A DNA stretch of 64,000 bases. Origin: Candidatus Bathyarchaeota archaeon. Its GTDB lineage: Archaea; Thermoproteota; Bathyarchaeia; Bathyarchaeales; Bathycorpusculaceae. Both the position numbers and the translations under genes were made by a program. The first letter of the stretch is position 1; every line of letters starts with the position of its first letter. Of the stretch, positions 21,697-31,215 are shown piece after piece. The notes beneath the pieces are model-generated. The model was not told the DNA's origin. It saw nothing but the letters and a program-made list of their open reading frames with translations, and searched no databases. The stretch is taken from assembly GCA_963806535.1 (NCBI GenBank), contig CAWDYC010000005.1, positions 128,001 through 192,000 on the forward strand, given 5' to 3'.

Positions 21697-22098
21697 ATGC
21701 AGTCTCTAACAGGCAATAAGAGTAGGCTTACGTTTTGGACTTTGATACTGATTGGAATTTTTCTTTGGCTTAGTGGGGTTCCTTTGGCAGCATATGATTA
21801 TGGCAAAACATATCCGTATCTAATTTTGGGATTTCTTTTGATTGCTCTTGGAATATTCATGGTGGCTGTCTCCGCAATTCAAAGAATTAATCAACGTGTC
21901 GCCCAAATAATTATTGGTTTGTGTGGTCAGATTCTTTTTGGATTAGTAATATTTGAGATTCCGTTACTACCTGCATTTCCCTTTTCACCCTTCAATTTTC
22001 ATACATACTCAATCATTCTAGGTGTTTTAGGGATGGCTCTTTCAATAGAAAGCATATTTACGCTCAGTAAAAATAGAGAAACTCCGCTACAAAAATAA
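21697..22098 (+). CDS. 4-TM membrane protein
   Basis: Hydrophobic ORF; likely start is ATG 21697 (MQSLTGNK). Confidence 0.65.
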   Translation: MQSLTGNKSRLTFWTLILIGIFLWLSGVPLAAYDYGKTYPYLILGFLLIALGIFMVAVSAIQRINQRVAQIIIGLCGQILFGLVIFEIPLLPAFPFSPFNFHTYSIILGVLGMALSIESIFTLSKNRETPLQK

Positions 22099-22170
22099 CT
22101 CTAATCGGGGTTTATGCATTTTCTCATAGGAAAAGATGCTGATAATAATGAAAATCTAAGTGTGCAGGCC

Positions 22171-22195
22171 TGAAGCTGGGATGGGGAATTGAGCC
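22171..22195 (-). repeat. Degenerate tRNA-Cys 3'-end copy (att scar, class I)
   Basis: TGAAGCTGGGATGGGGAATTGAGCC vs tRNA end TGGAGCTGGGGATGGGAATTGAACC. Confidence 0.7.
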
Positions 22196-22662
22196 TTCAC
22201 CAAAGAAGAGATTCACCCGCATTTTCTTTTTTTCATTTTAACCTAAAAAACTATTTGCAATGAGAAAACAAATTTGGCATATATAATTCTCTCTTACCAT
22301 TGTCTAATCCTTTTATGGCGCAACCCGCGCGATTATTTTTATTTAACAGCCTGCATTAGAGCATGTTGCCTGTGAAGATAAACACGTCAGTCGGAGAAAG
22401 GATTGGTAGTCCTATCGATGATGTCAGTTAACGAATTCTGAGGCACACGAAAACAACAAACAAAGCGGCGTTGACTGATGAGCAAGTAACAGAAAATTGA
22501 AGCCGAATGAATCAGATTCATTGTGAGAAATTCGATTAAGAATGTTGTATAAACCGGTGCTGTTGTAGATGGACAATCCTCGAATTCTCTTAATGAGTGT
22601 CTCAGAAGTGCATTCCCTGATGTGCCGTCCAAGTTAGAGTTGAAACTCTTGTGTGCGACATG

Positions 22663-22752
22663 GGAGCTGAGGATGGTTTTTTGAGTTGAGGTGCGATTCC
22701 ATTCTTCGTTTAGGTTTTTATGAAATGTCTTGCATGTGTTTACGTCTTGAAT
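22663..22752 (-). repeat. att-like repeat class II (tRNA 3' 14-mer plus ~75 bp arm)
   Basis: 56/74 identical to the repeat starting at 26528 by manual alignment. Confidence 0.75.
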
Positions 22753-22831
22753 ACTTGAATGAGAGGTTTAGTCAACACTGAAATCCTTTAACTTAACGTT
22801 TTCACATTATCCTAAAAGAGGCATAAGTTAA

Positions 22832-23605
22832 GTGGTGAGTAAAAAGAAAAAGCGCTCAAGCATCTTTTTTGTAACTCTCTGCCTTTTCGTTTTCATAGGT
22901 TGCTTTGCAACAGGAGTTTTAATGCGACAAAATACTGTCCTTTTAATAAATCACTTACCACAGACTAATCTATTAGTGCAGCCAACTAATTCACAGCCTA
23001 AGATGCAATTGGGACCAAATTTGGAGCCATTGAGTGCATTCTTCTTAGACATGAATGGTGCCGCGTCTTCATATGCGAGTTTAAGCACATCAATAACTCA
23101 CAATGGGCACGCAAGTATCCGTTTAGCTGCTGATCGTATTCGAGGAACACGGGAAGATGATGGTGCCTGGATAAATGTTCATCCTGGTGACCACATATAT
23201 GCTGGCGTTTGGGCTAAAACTGATCCGAATACGGCTAATGGTGGCAACCCAGACATTTACAGAGGCGCACGTGTTGGCATAGATTTATGCGCTCAAACTT
23301 CTGCAGGCTACGGTGTGGTTGATGGAATACCGCATGACTACACAATAATAAACGGATTACCTGTTAGTCAATGGCAGAATACCCCCGTCTCACGGTTTCA
23401 GCTTCCTTACGATAATGACTGGACGCTTATTTATTGGAACATAACAGTTCCAGACAACTATTACGATAGGTACAATCCTGGAAACGAAAATATCGCTGTA
23501 ACTCCAGTTCAAATAAATAGTTTAGTGATGTGGTTTGATGCTAGAGAATTGACTGATGGACCATACGTTTACTTCAGTGATCCTTTTTTGTACGTTAATC
23601 CATAA
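22832..23605 (+). CDS. Membrane-anchored secreted protein (carbohydrate-binding-like beta domain)
   Basis: Basic N-terminus plus TM, then a Trp/Tyr-rich beta domain. Confidence 0.7.
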   Translation: MVSKKKKRSSIFFVTLCLFVFIGCFATGVLMRQNTVLLINHLPQTNLLVQPTNSQPKMQLGPNLEPLSAFFLDMNGAASSYASLSTSITHNGHASIRLAADRIRGTREDDGAWINVHPGDHIYAGVWAKTDPNTANGGNPDIYRGARVGIDLCAQTSAGYGVVDGIPHDYTIINGLPVSQWQNTPVSRFQLPYDNDWTLIYWNITVPDNYYDRYNPGNENIAVTPVQINSLVMWFDARELTDGPYVYFSDPFLYVNP

Positions 23606-23771
23606 TGGAGAGTTGGTTTTCAGGCTAACCATGGCCTGGTAGAACCGTTGTTAACGGAAGGAGATAACATAACAATGCTTAAGTGGTCTAGCTTCTTAGG
23701 ATTTATTGCTGTTAGAGGCATACAAACCATAATTTTTTGTGATCATCAGAGTCAACGTAGAACTTGAAGAA

Positions 23772-23794
23772 TAGAGCTGAGGAGAATTGAACCC
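23772..23794 (-). repeat. Degenerate tRNA-Cys 3'-end copy (att scar, class I)
   Basis: TAGAGCTGAGGA---GAATTGAACCC. Confidence 0.65.
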
Positions 23795-24156
23795 TCAACT
23801 ATTTGGAGAGGTCACGCCAAGATCCTTTCTTTTTTGCTTCCAGTATTCTTTATGGTTTGATTGATTTTGCTTTTGCCTTAAATCTTAATTCGCATTTTTT
23901 ATTACTCAATTCTGAGTAATTTTGGGGGATACCCTTTTTGGAAAAAGACTTTGTGTTGGTTGTTTTTAGTCAGTGGCCTTTTTTGCGGCTTATTTGGTTT
24001 GCGGATTTTGGGGTTTGCAGGTTTTCTGCGTAACGAATTAGTTGATTTGAAGCTAACTCTTCAATTTACGCCGCATTGTTTTTTGGGAGAGGCTTAAATT
24101 GCAGTTAGAAACGCTTAAGCGTGGTGAAGAATGGTTAGAGTTCTTTGCAATGTGAA

Positions 24157-24230
24157 GGAACTAGACGTGAATTATGCGCTTATTTGCGCTAATTATGCGT
24201 GAACTTGCGTGGATTTGACGCTTGTTTGCA
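24157..24230. repeat. Element-end motif followed by helically phased TGCG repeats
   Basis: GGAACTAGACGTGAATTATG matches GGAACTAGACTCGAACTATG at 30099; TGCG at 24175, 24185, 24196 and 24206. Confidence 0.5.
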
Positions 24231-24280
24231 GGCGACCAAGACTTGGCGCTTTTTGACATTATAGCCAAGCAGCTTCTGCA

Positions 24281-24943
24281 TTATTCTGTTACAATATGAG
24301 CGATTAGGCGAAGTTCGGCTTTTCTGGAATGAGTTGCCAACGTAGATTTGGTTAGGTTGAGCTTTTTTGCCAACTGTCTAGAGCTTATTCTTCTGGGCGA
24401 GTCATAGTACCCGAGCCTGTAAGCAGCAATTAAGACTTCCCTTTGTTTTTCTGTTAAAATGTTAAGAGGTGAATCCAGCGAAAACCGTGCGTCGGTCAAC
24501 GAGACAATCTTGTAGCGCATTTTCAGTTTCTGGAAATCCTCAAAAACCTTGCCCATTTGGCTTGCGCTTCCTATAAAAGTTAGCCTAACTTGCCTTTCGC
24601 GAATTTCGCGGGAAACAACATATGCGATATCGGCTCCTGGCTCTTTGGAGATAGTCTTTTGCGGTTTGGGGAGTTTCTGTTTAACGAAGACCACGTATGC
24701 TCCTGTTTTTTCTCTTTCGATGAGCTTCACTTCAAAAACATTGTCGCTAATTAGCCTCACAAAATCTTCAATGTTGGGTACTTCATCCTCAAGCTCTATT
24801 CTCCCTATTGCCGTCATCTCTTCTTGGTCCTGTCTGAGGACTTGCAGGATTTTCAACATTTTCACTTTTTGCAAGCGTGACACATCTACACTCTTATTTT
24901 TTCTCAATTCGTTAATGGAGAACTCTACGATAAGCCTACGCAT
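24281..24943 (-). CDS. Transcriptional regulator with C-terminal HTH-10 (bacterio-opsin-activator-type) domain
   Basis: LTEKQREVLIAAYRLGYYDSPRRISSRQLAKKLNLTKSTLATHSRKAE. Confidence 0.88.
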   Translation of the reverse strand: MRRLIVEFSINELRKNKSVDVSRLQKVKMLKILQVLRQDQEEMTAIGRIELEDEVPNIEDFVRLISDNVFEVKLIEREKTGAYVVFVKQKLPKPQKTISKEPGADIAYVVSREIRERQVRLTFIGSASQMGKVFEDFQKLKMRYKIVSLTDARFSLDSPLNILTEKQREVLIAAYRLGYYDSPRRISSRQLAKKLNLTKSTLATHSRKAELRLIAHIVTE

Positions 24944-24993
24944 GATATCCACATCATATACCAAATCATATATATTTTTTGTATTAGGCGGAC

Positions 24994-26127
24994 ATGTCCG
25001 CTAAAAAACTAATCCGATTCAACGCATTCTTAATCATCAAGGAGCCAACAAAAATTTCTGAGCGAATTGACGTACATCACCACATTGTTCCAAAAGAATA
25101 CGTTGACGCCCTATCCAAGAAAGGAGTAAAAAAAGGTCTTGGAGTTCAACTTCCAGGCTGGAACGCAGACAAAACCCTCGAGATTATGGACAAAAACGGA
25201 ATTTCCGCATCCATACTTTCAATTTCTGCACCAGGAGTTTACTTCAAAGACAAAGACCCTTCGCTGGAACTTGCCAGAAACCTATCAAGACAGACAAACG
25301 AAATATGCGCCAAATTGATCAGTGATCATCCTAAACGGTTCGGCGCTTTCGCCACTTTGCCCCTTCCTGATATCAACGCAGCTTTGGAAGAACTAAGGTA
25401 CGCTTATGAAAGGCTGAAACTTGACGGAGTGGTACTGCTATCGAACTACGATGGTTACTATCTGGGCGATTCAAGGTTTGACAAGCTGTTTATGGAGCTA
25501 AATCGCCGAAAAGCGGTCGTGTTCATTCACCCAGCTACGCCGCCAGGCATTGAAGAATCGCATCTTGGTCTCCCAGAATCGATGGTCGACGTGTGCTTCG
25601 ACACGACAAGAACCGCTTTTTCCCTAGTCGTGAATGGCATTACTAAGAAATGTCCTGATGTGCGCTTTATCCTAGCTCATGCAGGAGGCGCGGTTCCTTA
25701 CATGGCCGCAAGAGTAGGCATTACGTCAGCTCTCCTTGCAGAAAAAGGCGGCGTAGGACCTTTCATAGCAGATGGGCTTGGAAAGATTGCGTCCGTTTTC
25801 CCGAAATTGAAAGAATCCATGCCCGACCTTCTTAAATACTACTTAAGGTTCAAAGAAAACGTATTACCCGAAGGTCCAGATTTTTACCTGAAGAAGTTCT
25901 ATTACGATACTGCTCTTTCAGCTTCCCCTCACACTTTTGCTTCCCTTCAGACACTTGTCGACAGTTCAAAAATCTTGTTCGGAACCGACTACATTTTTGC
26001 AACACAAGATGCTGTACCCATAACAATTAAGGGCATAGAGGAATACTCAGGCTTCAACGAAAAAGACGTAAGAGCAATTGAGAAAGAAAACTCTTTAGGT
26101 CTGTTTCCGAGGTTCAAAGGCAGTTAA
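24994..26127 (+). CDS. Amidohydrolase_2 family (ACMSD / aromatic acid decarboxylase-like)
   Basis: RIDVHHH, FGAFATLP, VFIHP, FDTTR, LAHAGG, YYDTA and LFGTDY motifs. Confidence 0.85.
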   Translation: MSAKKLIRFNAFLIIKEPTKISERIDVHHHIVPKEYVDALSKKGVKKGLGVQLPGWNADKTLEIMDKNGISASILSISAPGVYFKDKDPSLELARNLSRQTNEICAKLISDHPKRFGAFATLPLPDINAALEELRYAYERLKLDGVVLLSNYDGYYLGDSRFDKLFMELNRRKAVVFIHPATPPGIEESHLGLPESMVDVCFDTTRTAFSLVVNGITKKCPDVRFILAHAGGAVPYMAARVGITSALLAEKGGVGPFIADGLGKIASVFPKLKESMPDLLKYYLRFKENVLPEGPDFYLKKFYYDTALSASPHTFASLQTLVDSSKILFGTDYIFATQDAVPITIKGIEEYSGFNEKDVRAIEKENSLGLFPRFKGS

Positions 26128-26527
26128 CATATTTGAAAGAATCCTGAGTGATTCTTAACTTTCTTTTTGATGTAAGTAATGTTTGGAGAACAGATTTTGG
26201 TTTTGGGTTGTGGTGATGCCGCTGGGATTTGTACCTCGGATAAGCCGGAGATTACCCGTATTTTCCTTTTTCTATTATTTGAGGTTTGAGCGTTAACTTT
26301 CATCTACACATAATGCAAAATATTAGCAATAAGCGCATAAGAAACACAATAATGTACACGCAACCTGGTCGATTTCCAAGAAGACGGTCATGTCGCAAGA
26401 ATTGCCCCTCTGAAAATGAGACATGCCAATTACTTGAAGCCAACTTCGAGTTTGTGTGCAACTTCGGCTATAAAAGTTTTCAGAAAACGCAAGTAGCATT
26501 TTTTCAAAGTATATGAGTTTATGCTAA

Positions 26528-26616
26528 AGAGCGGGGGATGGACTTTTGAGTTGAAGTACGATTCCCTTCCACGTTTAGGCTTCAAAGAAGTGGTTTGTAT
26601 GCTCATTACCTTGAAT
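26528..26616 (-). repeat. att-like repeat class II
   Basis: AGAGCGGGGGATGGACTTTTGAGTTGAAGTACGATTCC..., homologous to the 22663 repeat. Confidence 0.75.
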
Positions 26617-26883
26617 TCATCCAGTTGGAAAACTGGCTTATTAGAATGAGCCTTTTAAGCTGAGCGAAGTATTGTGTGCCTTTTTGCACGCAAAATACAC
26701 ATTATCTATAATCTTTTCCCTTTTTTCTTCACAACGGATTTCGTTAATAGTTGTTGGAAAAATTATCGAAACGAATCTTTTGTTAGCTCTGAATATGTCT
26801 CGCATTTTGAGTTTTCCAACAACTTTAATAGCTCAAACGATGTGCCTAAAAATACATATCGCTAATTGATTTGAGGTAATTAA

Positions 26884-27576
26884 ATGATATACCTAGGAAT
26901 AGATGACACCGACATTTTGGGTTCTAGAGGCACAGGCAGGCTCGCCAGAAACATCGCCGCCGAGCTCTCAAAGAAATACCAAATATTCGGTGTCACACGC
27001 CACCAACTTCTAGTACACCCAGACATCCCATTCACTTCACACAATAGCTGCGCTGTAGTTCATACTGAAACATCACCAACAGACATGGAAGAAATATTTT
27101 GCACCACAAGAAAGCTAATGCTGGAAGATTTCATTGAAGGAAGCGACCCAGGATTAGCTATAGCAGATAGTAATCAGGTGACGCCAGGAACAGTGGCATT
27201 TGGTCTAGATGCTAAAACCATCGTCGTCACTCAGGAACGAGCCAGAGAAGTGGCAAAAAATAGCAAAATCCGTTTTGAAGGTTTAGGCGGAACCGAAGGA
27301 GGTATAATAGGTGCAATCGCAGGCGTTGGTTTAGCTTCTTTGAAAAATGACGGCAGGTTCCTTCTGAAAGGCAAAAATAGAGAGCTCTCAGGAGTTCGGT
27401 CAATTTCAGAAATCATTAACTCAGGCATAGACGAAGTGCTTACGCTTCAAGGAGAGACGATTAATGAAGGAAAAGTGCAGATTCCAAAAAACGCCACCCC
27501 TTCTTTCATTCAAGGAAAAGCGGTGCTTTTCGTGGAACAAAACGAGGATTATTGGATTGCACTTAAGAGGGCCTAA
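26884..27576 (+). CDS. DDTD-motif protein (TiaS N-terminal / DUF1743-related fold), function unknown
   Basis: IGIDDTD...RGTGRLAR, RHQL..HPDIPFTSHNS, EGSDPG and GIIGAIAG motifs; lacks the TiaS OB and Zn-ribbon domains. Confidence 0.7.
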   Translation: MIYLGIDDTDILGSRGTGRLARNIAAELSKKYQIFGVTRHQLLVHPDIPFTSHNSCAVVHTETSPTDMEEIFCTTRKLMLEDFIEGSDPGLAIADSNQVTPGTVAFGLDAKTIVVTQERAREVAKNSKIRFEGLGGTEGGIIGAIAGVGLASLKNDGRFLLKGKNRELSGVRSISEIINSGIDEVLTLQGETINEGKVQIPKNATPSFIQGKAVLFVEQNEDYWIALKRA

Positions 27577-27579
27577 AGA

Positions 27580-28358
27580 TTGCAGTTTAAGTATAAGCTG
27601 GCGGCTGCTTTTGCGATTTTTGGTTTGCTGATTTTAATAGTCTTTGCTGTTCAATGGGTTTACTTAAGCCAGCCAGCAAACATCCTCGGAGGAAATTATT
27701 ACCTGGATCAAACGTTTTCTCAAGCAAGTTTTCTTTATGGTCCTCAAGCATGGATTCCCTATGCGTCTAAATTGCCAGTTATGCCAGGGGTGGACACTAA
27801 CAGTAACGGAAACTTCTATGTTATGTTTGTCGATTTGAATGCCACATCTAATTTGAACGCTACGTTTCCCTGTGTAAGGGTTGATTACTCATTTAGTGGT
27901 TTACATGGGACAGCAGCTTTCCATGTTTACGGATATATCAAAGATAATGGGGGATTTTCATGGACGAATCGTGTGGATGGGCTTGGGGCAAGCGGTTTCT
28001 ATGTAACAGCTCCAGCATTGGATCGTCCAGCATTTCGGCAAATGCCCAGATGATGTCTGACATCGACCACATATACGTTAAGGTTTCAAACAAAGAAGGC
28101 GCTGCATTCAATGATTTTGGAAATAACACTTATTTTATGAAATTTGACAAGGATGGTGGCGGCTTAAATTCTCTCCACCTTACAACTGACCCAAGAAATC
28201 CCAGCGGCAACGTTACCACAACAAGCAATACGAGCGGTACTTTTTATGTGGATTTTACGGGTGGCCGAGTTCAGGATGATTTAGTTCTGTTAGTTGCCGT
28301 TAATGGTACTATAGATCACAATTTCAAATTAAATCTAAAGTCGAGTGTGCCAGGGTGA
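27580..28358 (+). CDS. Membrane-anchored surface protein (frameshift near 28015)
   Basis: Two overlapping ORFs that join into one gene; C-terminal part GGGLNSLHLTTDP...SGTFYVDFTGGRVQDDLVLLVAVNGTI. Confidence 0.6.
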
Positions 28359-28367
28359 GATGAGGCT

Positions 28368-28928
28368 ATGAAGCGTCAGAAATATTTTTTGGTCTACGAG
28401 GTCTCTTTCTTGTCGCTTATGGCTGCCCTTGTTTATGTTTTCAAGGCTTTCTTCAAAACTCCGATCGGTTTGCCCGCCCATACTGCGATTGTGTGGGTAA
28501 TCCCTTTCATAATAGGAATTGGTTTAACAAAGAAGTTTGGTGCAGGCATCTACATAGGCGTGCTTTCAGGCTTGCTTCTAGGTGTGCTGGGAATGGCAGA
28601 TAAAGGCTTTTTCGAAGTATTTGAGTATGCAGCGATGGGAATCACCATGGACATTTTAGCTTTGGTGTTTAGAGGTCATTTGGGAAATATTTTGGTCGGC
28701 TGCGTTCTCGGTGCTTTCGGAAGTTTTGATAAAACAATGGTCAATTATTACATAACGAGTCTAATAGGCCAGAATGCACACATACTTCTAGTAGGAATCG
28801 GCGTTGCGGGAACTTCAAGTTTAATTTTTGGAGGAGCAGGCGGCATAATTTCAGCGATAGTTGTCAACCGTACGCAGCATTTGCATTTTCCAAACCGAAC
28901 TAAGAAAAAAGAAAAGATTAAGACTTAA
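28368..28928 (+). CDS. ECF-transporter S-component-like membrane protein
   Basis: 5-6 TM segments; LMAALVYV..F.KTPIGLPAHTAI; FGAG..IG pattern. Confidence 0.55.
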   Translation: MKRQKYFLVYEVSFLSLMAALVYVFKAFFKTPIGLPAHTAIVWVIPFIIGIGLTKKFGAGIYIGVLSGLLLGVLGMADKGFFEVFEYAAMGITMDILALVFRGHLGNILVGCVLGAFGSFDKTMVNYYITSLIGQNAHILLVGIGVAGTSSLIFGGAGGIISAIVVNRTQHLHFPNRTKKKEKIKT

Positions 28929-28946
28929 TTCAAACCTAAACCAGAT

Positions 28947-29777
28947 TTAGGTTTGACTTGATTTTCTTTTGTAAGTCATTATTGCTATTGTTGCGGCCAT
29001 CAGTACGATTATGGCAATAGCTGCAGCTGGAAATTCTGGAACAGTGGGCGAGGGTGATGGAGATGTTAAGGGAGTTGGGGTAGGTGTAGGCGATGTAGTT
29101 GGTGTTGGAGTTGGAGAAGCGGTTGGAGTAGGTGTTGGTGTCGGAGTTGGCGTGGGGGTGGCTGTTGGAGTCGGGGTAGGAGATGGGGCTGTGTCAGTTA
29201 CATTCACTTGTGTTATGCTTCTTCCGCCCGAACCATCCATAAGTAAACCTTCCTGACCAACAATTACTAGTCTGGGAGCTGGAAGAGAGCTGCTGGGCAG
29301 AGTAGTGCCGTTAACTTGGTAAGCCAAAATTAAGGTGACAGGCTGAACTTGATTCTGCACTGTTCCAGTTAGGTTATTGTACGTTGTGTATTGTGCGTTG
29401 AAGTTGGTGCCACTGTTTACCATATCATAAGTAAAATTGTTAGTGCCTTGACCCGTAACTGTCACATTGCAGGTTGAGGTGATTCCGCCCACTTGATTAC
29501 AAAGATAAAGCAGCGATACACCCACCCATAAACCACTATTGATGACATGTTGATTAGGTTGGTAGAATCCACCATACATGGTGACGTTTGGCATAGCTTC
29601 TAATTGAGTTAATGTATAGTTTATGCTTGTTCCAGTGTATCCAGTTACCTGTATAGTTGCTTCTGTCTGTGCTTTCGCTTGAGGCGAACTGCCTAAAGCA
29701 GCTGTGACGGTTAGCGTAATTATGAGTAACAAGAGAAAAGCTGTATGAGTGGGCTTGTTCGTGAGTTTAGTTAACAT
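28947..29777 (-). CDS. Surface protein with molybdopterin-oxidoreductase-like (sulfite oxidase fold-like) domain, Pro/Thr linker and PEF-CTERM
   Basis: [28 protein letters not shown]...PRLVI; ends TVPEFP + TM + KRK. Confidence 0.7.
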   Translation of the reverse strand: MLTKLTNKPTHTAFLLLLIITLTVTAALGSSPQAKAQTEATIQVTGYTGTSINYTLTQLEAMPNVTMYGGFYQPNQHVINSGLWVGVSLLYLCNQVGGITSTCNVTVTGQGTNNFTYDMVNSGTNFNAQYTTYNNLTGTVQNQVQPVTLILAYQVNGTTLPSSSLPAPRLVIVGQEGLLMDGSGGRSITQVNVTDTAPSPTPTPTATPTPTPTPTPTPTASPTPTPTTSPTPTPTPLTSPSPSPTVPEFPAAAIAIIVLMAATIAIMTYKRKSSQT

Positions 29778-30116
29778 TTATGGTTTTTCTCCTTTTGATT
29801 TGGAAGTTGCCGAGATGTACATAAAAACATTTCGGGGCAAATCTATAGATGTTTTTTTTGACTTTCGAGATCAAAGAAGACTATGGACACTATAGAAAGT
29901 TACGTCGGAGAAAGCTATGAGGAATCCCATTTTTGAAGCTGTTAAAGAGCGGATTACTGAGCCTGTAGGGAACCGAACCTTAAACATCCATGTCAGTAAT
30001 TGTACTGGGGATGGGCTTTTACAAAGATGTTGTCAATTCCATAGATGACGATTCTTTTCGGGTTCGTACTTGTACCCTTAAGAAAAATAGATATTTGCGG
30101 AACTAGACTCGAACTA

Positions 30117-30142
30117 TGGAGCTGGGGATGGGAATTGAACCC
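30117..30142 (-). repeat. Perfect 26-bp duplication of the tRNA-Cys 3' end (att site)
   Basis: TGGAGCTGGGGATGGGAATTGAACCC is identical to 31216..31241. Confidence 0.9.
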
Positions 30143-30346
30143 TAACACGCTGGCGACATCGCCAATTCTTAATATTCTATGCAGCCTTTTTCTCTTTTTT
30201 TGAATCTCTTCCGTATAATGGCGTATCCCAGCTAAGTTGTGCTATCGCTTTAGGTGGCAATCGGTGGCTGACTTGGTTCTTTCTGTATTCCCTTTTTTTA
30301 CAAAAATTCTTAAGAAACGCCCGCGCATAAAAGGTGTGGTATTCGA

Positions 30347-30763
30347 ATGGTTGAGTATTACCAATTACCTTTGCCGTCCAGAATTCCAAAATCGATAATT
30401 ATATTAGTGCTTTTACTGGTCATCGCAGCAGTAGTGGCTATTCTGCTTTCTCCTTTTCTACCACATGGTCCCGCTGGAAGCCTATTTGTAGTTTTAACTT
30501 TGGGGATTTTAACCCTAATTTCCTATATCATCGCCCGCAGTACAGGGCTCAAAGACCAACGCTCTCCAAGACAAAAACGGGTAAATACTCTGCTATGCTC
30601 TGGTTTTGCGAGCTTTTTTAGCTATGCCGCTTTAGCAGTCGCGTTGATGGGTCACCCTATGCATTTTCCGTCTAATCTGCCGCTATTATTAGCCGTAGTC
30701 TTAGCTGCTGCTTCAACCGCGTTGATTGCAGACAGTGCTTCAAAGAAGATTGGCTTGTACTAA
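30347..30763 (+). CDS. 4-TM membrane protein
   Basis: Hydrophobic ORF lying between two att copies. Confidence 0.55.
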   Translation: MVEYYQLPLPSRIPKSIIILVLLLVIAAVVAILLSPFLPHGPAGSLFVVLTLGILTLISYIIARSTGLKDQRSPRQKRVNTLLCSGFASFFSYAALAVALMGHPMHFPSNLPLLLAVVLAAASTALIADSASKKIGLY

Positions 30764-31215
30764 CTGACGCATAGTCAAGCCTAAATGTTGCAATAGCAAA
30801 CCAAAGCATACGATAATGGAGCCCCACTATAGGGGGTAATTAAAACCGCGGCTGGAATCGTTATAGCGGGTTTAAGCTAGATTTGTATATTATCAGCAGC
30901 ATACGGACATGGCGCTAACTCAGTCATCAAGAATACCGGGATTTGAAAACCGTACGTTCCACCAAGGGGATTTACTCTTTCTCCATTTAAAAAATATTTA
31001 AGGAATACCGAGTGACTAAAATGCTGTTCTGTTTCACCCCTTTACCCAAAAGTTGGGAGTGCGGTCTTCTAAGTTAACACATAAACGCGGTAGACGAAGT
31101 ACTAAATCAGAAGAGGTAGGCAGTCAATGACAGACGGCAGCGAATTTGGGAAGAACCAAACCTTCTTAATAGAAGGCTCAAAGTAGAAGCCGCCAGAGGA
31201 TGGGAATGCATACGT

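Larger units (their letters stand above)
22171..31215. mobile_element. Array of small integrated islets/cassettes at the tRNA-Cys 3' end (no integrase visible)
   Basis: Multiple same-orientation att-like repeats separate accessory genes. Confidence 0.6.

Noticed and set aside
26620-26883. Possible cofactor riboswitch ahead of the DDTD/ECF operon
   Set aside because: The region is AT-rich with no recognisable cobalamin, TPP or FMN aptamer motifs by eye; an Infernal/Rfam scan would be needed.
29040-29190. Low-complexity GGT/GTT repeats (also CCA-rich 6135-6240) and the antisense VGVGVG ORF
   Set aside because: These encode ordinary Pro/Thr linkers of surface proteins; the opposite-strand ORF is a shadow.
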